Origin: Candidatus Saccharimonadota bacterium
GTDB taxonomy: Bacteria; Patescibacteriota; Gracilibacteria; Absconditabacterales; Absconditicoccaceae
Length of the DNA stretch: 32,000 bases
Direction: 5' to 3'
Assembly: GCA_965231145.1 (NCBI GenBank)
Contig: OZ246420.1
Location: 690,001-722,000, forward strand
Below are positions 25,602 to 32,000 of this stretch, in pieces (position 1 is the first letter of the stretch; every line of letters begins with the position of its first letter). Below the pieces are notes generated by a model. It was given only the letters and a program-made list of their open reading frames with translations. It did no database searches and was not told the origin of the DNA. The position numbers and the translations under genes were made by a program.

Positions 25602-27608
25602 TTACAGTCTCATTAGCATAAGCATCGCCCATCATCTTGGAAGCGGACTAAATAGATCTGTCTTCACTTTTATTACTCATAATTCATGCAGTTTATCTAC
25701 ATGTTTCACATACCGGTTCTCGTCATCTCCATTATAGGCTGATCCATATAATAACCTGGAGAGGATAGTTGCGAATTGTGCCTTAGTAACTGCTTCATCC
25801 GGATTAAAGTTTTTATTTACCTCATTAGTCACATTATTGATACCCATCACACCGAGCTGACATGCAAGCTTCGCATATATCTGATATTCTGCATCACCAT
25901 TTATCATATCATCAAACGCACACTCTCTGCTCTCATCCGGTTGCTTGTCCAATACATTGATCGCGTAATTACTGATCATTTTTGCCGCATCTCTTCTGAG
26001 TAATACTCATGTCATATTTGCCTTGATACAATCTGACATAGTTGTGATGCTGTGGCCATATGCAAAGTTATATGCATCATTCATCTCTCATTCCATACAG
26101 TTGAGCTGCTGTGGCTGTGCAACAATCTCACTTGATGATAAAATCTCAGATGAACTATCCGTATTATCATCCACCTGTTCTGTGGTGTCCTCTGACTCTA
26201 TCGTTGTTCAGGTAGCGGCGACAGTTGTTCAGGTAGCGGCGACAGTTGTTCAGGTAGTATCAGATGTAACTGCTACGCCTCATTGCAACAGACTCATTCA
26301 CTCACACAAACCATCATATTGCGTGGGAGATATATCTCCATTGGGACAGTTATCTACTGGTGCACGATAGACTTTTCCAGCTCACTGAAGAGCAGGACTA
26401 TTATCTCATGCTGATGCTATCAAACGAGTCATATATGGATCAGAAATGGGTGAGCCATTAAAATACTCAAAGTATCCAGCTACAATAATACTACCATCAT
26501 TATGCAACAGATGAGTATTAATTTCAGCATCAAAACCTGAACCTCCTACGAACGAGCTATCAAGCACCCCATTACTATCCAAACGAGCTATACGATTTGC
26601 TTCTACCCCACTATAAGAAGTAAATGCACCTCCCAGCAATATAGAATCTCCAGTTTCAATGGAGACAGATATCGGCACGTTATTAAATCATCCCCCCATA
26701 GTAAAACTTGTATCGAAACTTCCATCTGTATGTAAACGAGCTATGCGGTTTGCAGTATGACCATTATAATCAGTAAAAGAACCAACTGCAATTATCTTTC
26801 CATCTGACTGTGCAACAATTTGATATACATGGTGATTGAAACCAGAACCAACATTGAAACTATTATCTATAGTAGCGTCCTCATTCAAACGAATAATACG
26901 GTTTGAACTAACTCAACTAAAGTGAGTAAACTGTCACGCGGCAATTATCTTCCCATCGCCCTGTACAATCAATGACGACACCTCAAATTGACTAGTAATT
27001 TCACCGCTAAATAGACCGTTAGCTATATTAAATCACGTATCTCTCGTTCCATCTGTGTTGAGACGGACAAGAGCCCTCGTACTAAATCATGAATAGTTAC
27101 TAAAGTTTCATCATACAAGGAGTTTTCAATCTGTAAGTTGTTTGATCACACTTACCTGCTGACTGGAAGTGGGGAAACCCGAACCGATCTGAAACGTATT
27201 GTCTCTCGTCCCATCACTATTGAGACGCACTATACGATTGGTTGTAACACCACTAAATGATGTAAAACTTCCTCACACAACGACTTTACCATCCTGCTGT
27301 AACTCAATAGAAGCTACCGCGCTATTAAATGTACCAATAACATTAAATCACGTATCTCTCGTTCCATCTGTGTTCAAACGCAACACCCTACTCGCAGATA
27401 GTCCATTAAAATTACTAAAATATCCCGCAACGAGAATTTTACCATCGGGTTGTTCTATCATCTTCAAAGGTACATTATCAAGACCACTTCCTCCAGAATC
27501 GAATGTAGTATCAACCATCAAACCCGCAAATACAGCTCACGCATGAAATATAAATATACTCATTGCAATGACAGAGATCAAAACCCTACTATACTTCTTC
27601 ATAGACAT
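25602..27608 (-). CDS. Secreted delta-60/beta-propeller-repeat surface protein with Thr-rich linker and SLH-like C-terminus
   Basis: One frame from ATG 27606-27608 ('MSMKKYSRVLISVIAMSIFIF') through track ORFs 26688..26888, 26406..26678 and 25677..25979 to TAA 25602-25604. About 7 units of '..DGK....G.F..(F/Y).G.....R(I/L).RL..DG..D..F..G.GF'. More than 20 in-frame TGA, many on the repeat glycines. Confidence 0.8.
26203..26258 (-). repeat. 21-nt in-frame tandem repeat (2.7 units)
   Basis: GTTGTTCAGGTAGCGGCGACA at 26203 and 26224, partial at 26245. Encodes 'T-G-TTVAA' heptads with G = TGA each time. Confidence 0.9.
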
Positions 27609-27865
27609 AGAAAGAAAGTAAAAAAACACTTCCATCTTTTTACACAAGCCTACGCCTCTATTCAAGCGATAATAAAAAAAATGCCGTGAAGGCAAATCCT
27701 TGATTAGAGTATATTTTTTCTACTAATTTCTCATCAATTGGAGGTGATAAGAAAGTATTTCAACCGTTAAAATCTCTCTAATTACTCTATCTTGCTACGT
27801 TTCACGATTTCAGGAAGCTTGTTTTCAGTTCAGCAAGTATATTATAAATTATTATATTGAATTGT

Positions 27866-28348
27866 CTAGAAAATACTTTTAATGAATTTATATTCTTGTC
27901 TTTCTTCTATTCGGGGAAGATATTTTCATAGCTCAGACAATTTAACTTTTTTGACATATTTTATTTCTTCTTGCTTTGATTTTTCTTTATCTTTTTTTTG
28001 TATTATTATATCATGTAGTTGAATATATAATCTAAGTTACAGAATACTATCTAACGAAGCATTTTCACTTATCTCATAAAATCCAAAAAGATTTATTTTA
28101 GCCGTATGCTCTTTAAGAACAATATTGGTCTCCTCCTCTACTTCTCTGATTCATGTTTCAAAAATATTCTCATTCATTTCTGGTTTTCATCAGGGCATTT
28201 GCCACTCAGCTCAATTCTTAGAGACGATTATTACATTATTATCTTTATCCAAGATTCGAACATATACTTGTGATATTTTCTTTCCTCTTGGAAGATCTTC
28301 TAATGAATTTGTACTATACCAAACTCTAGTAATATTACTCTCTTCCAT
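27866..28348 (-). pseudogene. Nudix hydrolase interrupted by an in-frame TAA (pseudogene or read-through)
   Basis: 'MEESNITRVWY...WQMP-GG-KPEMNENIFET-G-IREVEEETN' is a full Nudix box (GG = TGA TGA 28187-28192). TAA at 28037-28039 after only 103 codons. The same frame stays open for 56 more codons to TAG 27866-27868 and encodes a Nudix-like C-terminus 'QEEIKYVKKVKLSELGKY'. Confidence 0.6.
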
Positions 28349-28422
28349 GAAATCTTTTCATATATAAATATTATAGCTTACTTAATTTTACACTTATCAT
28401 TTCATTTTTCCATAAATAAAAA

Positions 28423-28626
28423 ATGGCTTATTATAGCCACGAATGAAGCATTGGAGAACGTCGGGCACTTTTCGAACACTTATACTCAAACGTATTGTGA
28501 AAAGCCAATATTAGATATATTGGTAAATTAATGCAGTATTATATCAAAGAATTGGAAGGAGGGAAGGAACTAGAAGAAAGCCTTACGGAGAGGCAGAAAG
28601 TACTGTATTGATTAAAGCTTTTTTAA
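28423..28626 (+). CDS. Small hypothetical ORF (67 aa)
   Basis: ATG 28423 to TAA 28624-28626 with three in-frame TGA. No motif, in an AT-rich region, so it may be spurious. Confidence 0.25.
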
Positions 28627-28742
28627 GGATTTGAGATGTTTTAAAGAGTACAAGTTCATAGGATTTGAACTTAATAACATATTGATATATAGAGGACAAA
28701 AGATAAAAAGTGGCTTAAACTTATTTATAAGGAGAGCTAAGT

Positions 28743-30125
28743 ATGTGCAAAGGCGTATTTCTTTCATTTTTACCGTGTCAATTGCTAGATCCGACTTTAA
28801 TACGAAGTTCGGCAATCACACTTTTCTTATCTCTTTTATTACATTTTGTTCTACAGCATCGTTATAAAAATAGCTTAGAAAAGGAATTAGAGCAATATAA
28901 GCAAGCATTAAGTGAACAAAGTGAAGTATTTAAACATAAGTTAGCTCTATTTCAGAACTTTTTCATACAAGAATATCTACCTAAAAAACACCCAGACGCA
29001 GATAAAGACACTATTATGCTAGAATATTACTGAAAAATTTGATTATTGTGAAATATGAATACATTAAAAGCTATTGTGGACTCAAAACTTACAGAGTTAG
29101 AGCCAAACAAAGACGATATAGAGCAAACATACGCTTTATTGCTATCTCTAAGGCAAGAATTGAATTCCAATCTTAAAAATGATCCATCTATACTTGCAGA
29201 TTATGTAAAAGTTTTGTTTCAGATTTTCACTCCTATACCACAGTTTATTAGTGAAGACAGAAAAGTACAAACAGGTACAGTTCACTTTATTAACAAAGAA
29301 AAAATCAGCTATACCGAATTAGGCTCTTTAGTTGCCCTAAAAATGGGAACAGCATTAAAAAAACTGAGTAAGTGAGACGAGTTTGAATATATTAGAATTA
29401 AAGATATTAATTCTTTCAATAATGTACAATGAGAATTTTATAAGTTACCTTTACATTCAAAAGCATTTGATCTTGAGAATATACTGCTAGTATCAACTAT
29501 ATGAACTATTGGCAAGTTAGCTTTTATTAGAAATAAGACTAATGCCATTATATCGGGTAATTTGGCTTTTGGAAAAATTAATCCACAAATAATCAATCCT
29601 AGTTTCCTTGATCTTATATGGCAGACAGATTATGTTCAGTCTCAGTTAAGGTTGTTTTATGCGTGAACAGTACAAAAGTTTATTCCTTTATTTTCTCTTA
29701 AACAAATTACACTTCCTCTCTTACCTATCGAGGATCAAAATCTCTTGATTAAAAGAGCAGAGACAGAAGGCAAACTTATTGCCATCCAAGATTTTAATAA
29801 AGTATTACCTAAATTTCTTTCTAGAGAAGAATTATTAGCTTCTCAAATATATGATAGATATTGTAATCATCCAGCTATTCAAAATATTCAATTATCACCT
29901 ATTAATTTATTTGAAGGAATAGATTATGTTCCAGATATTTTTATTGAGCTAAAAAATTGACAGAAAATAGTGATAGAGTTAGTCAATGTAGATATTAAAA
30001 GAAATGATGCTTCTAGAATAAAATTCTTCCAGTTGGCGCCTGATCTATGATATTGTATGTCTTTTATGTATGAATATGACTTAAAATCTATACAGGAGAC
30101 AATTAATGACTTTATAAGTGATTAA
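28743..30125 (+). CDS. HsdS-like (type I R-M specificity) single target-recognition-domain protein with extra N- and C-terminal regions
   Basis: Track ORFs 28743, 29055 and 29745 are in one frame, joined over nine TGA. AAGGAG lies 8 nt upstream of the ATG. The core 'ELGSLVALKMGTAL...ILLVSTI-G-TIGKLAFIRNKTNAIISGNLAFGKINPQIINPSFLDLIWQTDYVQSQLRLFYA-G-TVQKFIPLFSLKQITLPLLPIEDQNLLIKRAE' follows the Methylase_S/HsdS TRD plus conserved-helix pattern. Stop TAA 30123-30125. Confidence 0.65.
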
Positions 30126-30141
30126 TCTGTAAGGAGTATAT

Positions 30142-30339
30142 TTATTCTTTTTCTAGTGGTCTTTGTGATTCTATTTTCAATCTCTTTTCTCTAGCTAATC
30201 TCTCGTTTCTTAAAGCAGTATTTCGTTTCATCATCCAAGCATAATATTTAGGATCATTTTCTTTTGTGACACTCATAAATAGATTAAAAACTTCTGTTAA
30301 TGCTTTTCATAAACCGTGGTCATCATCCTTCATATCCAT
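30142..30339 (-). CDS. Small hypothetical basic protein (65 aa)
   Basis: 'MDMKDDDHGL-G-KALTEVFNLFMSVTKENDPKYYAWMMKRNTALRNERLAREKRLKIESQRPLEKE*'. Convergent with the HsdS-like gene. Confidence 0.35.
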
Positions 30340-30458
30340 TTGTTATATAGCAATAAGATAAAAGGACATAATACATACTAATTTAAGTTAGTAAAGAAAT
30401 TGCAAAGTAAGGCATTAATCTTATATTGACGTAAATTTAATTACGTTATTTTATAGAT

Positions 30459-32000
30459 ATGTGAAGTATAATTAAGGAAAATAGTCCTTATATCCCTAGA
30501 TTAATAGGAATATATTTTGCAGAACCTTATAAAAGATTTGATAGATGAACAATTATCAATTTATCGCAAGATTATAATATTAGTAAAACTCCTCAATGAA
30601 ATGAATTTAGTGAATTTGATACTTCAAATTCTATTGATTTGTATGTGGAAGAAGAATTATGAGCAATAGTATTAAACATAGAAAAAACATTTAAAGATAC
30701 ATTTGGAAGAGTTTTATCTAACGCTATTGAATGATATTCAAATAATATTTCCACAAGAGCTATAATATGAGATAATTGAGCGGGGAAATCAACTATTTTA
30801 GAACTTATAGAAGGATTTTATAAAACAGTTAGTCGTAAAATTATTGCTGATTCAATTAATGAATTAAGAGAAGGTTTGGGTTATGTTAATTCTATTATTC
30901 CAGGCATAGTTTTTATAATCGTATGTAAAGATATTAAATGAAAAATAAGACATAAATTAGTAAATCTAACAAGAACTCAAGGTATATTAAGCTCTAAGAA
31001 TGAACTTAAATCAATCATTTTAGAAAATTATGATTTGTTAGGATCAGTATTAACGGATCATTTACATATTTGTAAAAACAAAGAGGATGCCGTACCAGTA
31101 ATAAATTTACGCTTACCTAACTTTTCACGTAAAAGTTGAAGAGAAAACATTATACCTTACTGGAACTCTTTAACTATATTTCTCTTTAATCTCATTAAGG
31201 AAGATAATGTTGAAACGTTCTTTCCAAATAACGAAGAAGCAAATTTATTAAATTGATATTTTCTTACAATATATCAATATTTAATAGAAAATAAGATCCC
31301 TAAAGAATCGATAATCTTCTTTTTCCTTTTTTATCATTTAGGATCTTTTGAATATGTGTCTCGCAAAGACTTAAAATATGATCCTCAAAGTGAAGAATAT
31401 AAACAAGTAATATTAGCCCATCAGATTACTATAGATATATATAAAGAAATTGCTCAAAAACATAAATCTACAGAGTATAATGATATAATTTCTAAATTGC
31501 TGTCATTAATAAATGCTTATCAAGATAGTCAAATAACTATTAGTGAAGTAGAAAGCAGAAAAGGATCTGATAGACTTGCGATTAATATGAAAGTTCCACT
31601 TTCTCCTGAATTAAAACTACCAAATATGTATAAATTCATTTTTGAAATCATACCCAAGCATTTAGTGAATGATTTAAAAGTTAGATCTATTCTAGAATAT
31701 AATTTAACTATTCCAATTGCGACTTTCCTTAATAATTTAACTAATATCGAAAACAATGAAACAAAGAAAGATCTATTAAAAGCCATTAAAAATCATTGGC
31801 TATTTACGGTAAATGTTAAATTGCAAACTCCCTCAGGGATACATTATCTCGACTCACTATCATCCTGAGAAAAACAAATGATATTACTTTTTTCTCGCAT
31901 AAAAAATAATATTTCTTCGTATTATGAGAACCCTATTAAAGATGAAGAAAACCAAAAGACATTGCCACATTTGATACTGCTTTTAGACGAGCCTGAAAAT
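30459..32000 (+). CDS. ABC/OLD-type (AAA_15/21-like) P-loop ATPase, 3' end beyond window
   Basis: A single frame is open from ATG 30459 to the window end (TGA as sense, about 12 of them). Walker A 'II-G-DN-G-AGKSTILELI' (30762-30800). A roughly 400-aa helical insert follows. Walker B 'LILLLDEPEN' occupies the last 30 nt of the window. Confidence 0.8.

Noticed and set aside
28612-28867. ORFs 28631..28867(+) and 28612..28815(-) overlapping the start of the HsdS-like gene.
   Set aside because: This is an AT-rich region with composition-driven ORFs and no motifs. The 28743 frame has an AAGGAG site and continues into a recognisable domain. The N-terminal ~40 aa of that gene remain uncertain.
1-32000. 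The window might be full of pseudogenes, because most homolog-like ORFs in the track are truncated.
   Set aside because: All breaks are TGA only. The pieces are always in the same frame, the joined products have complete motif sets, and TGA coincides with conserved Gly. This is a code issue, not decay. The exceptions are noted separately: 23377-23491, 27866-28348 and possibly 11927-12385.
1-32000. TGA read as Trp (code 4, Mollicutes-like) or as selenocysteine.
   Set aside because: TGA occupies positions that are Gly in the Nudix box, P-loop, SDR PG and RxGxPEE motifs and TauE GGG motifs, and it alternates with GGA/GGT in repeats. Trp is encoded by TGG at conserved Trp sites. TGA is far too frequent for Sec, and no SECIS-like context was seen.

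Overview
A 32-kb chromosomal segment from a low-GC bacterium that reads UGA as glycine (translation table 25, so Absconditabacteria/SR1 or Gracilibacteria, CPR). The standard-code ORF track fragments almost every gene. I re-joined pieces by hand across in-frame TGA, keeping TAA/TAG as the only stops, which gives about 33 coherent genes. Housekeeping genes: pnp, greA, an HPF-like factor, fmt, msrB-msrA fusion, SDR, nucleoside hydrolase plus SemiSWEET, TauE, two Nudix hydrolases, two tandem MazG-like genes, ApbE plus an FMN-binding lipoprotein, and DUF305 plus a His/Met-rich protein. There are also three very large repeat-rich secreted proteins: LRR+DUF11 (1429 aa), Cys-rich/PKD-like (635 aa) and delta-60 propeller-like (668 aa). 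All three end in an SLH-like module. RNA features: a three-tRNA cluster (11420-11876) in which two tRNAs carry anticodon CCG on non-Arg-like bodies, with a GC-rich ~165-nt candidate ncRNA between them. Most notable observations: (1) UGA=Gly; (2) the rare CGA/CGG codons mostly sit on conserved Trp columns, suggesting a second reassignment; (3) a structured ~200-nt intergenic element in two inverted copies; (4) a visibly more AT-rich terminal island (about 27.6-32 kb) holding an orphan HsdS-like specificity-domain fusion protein, an ABC/OLD-type P-loop ATPase that runs off the window, and a Nudix gene with an in-frame TAA. This island is a candidate novel defence-type module. All translations and folds were done by eye. 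No database searches were run and family assignments rest on remembered motifs. Coordinates of regulatory elements are approximate.
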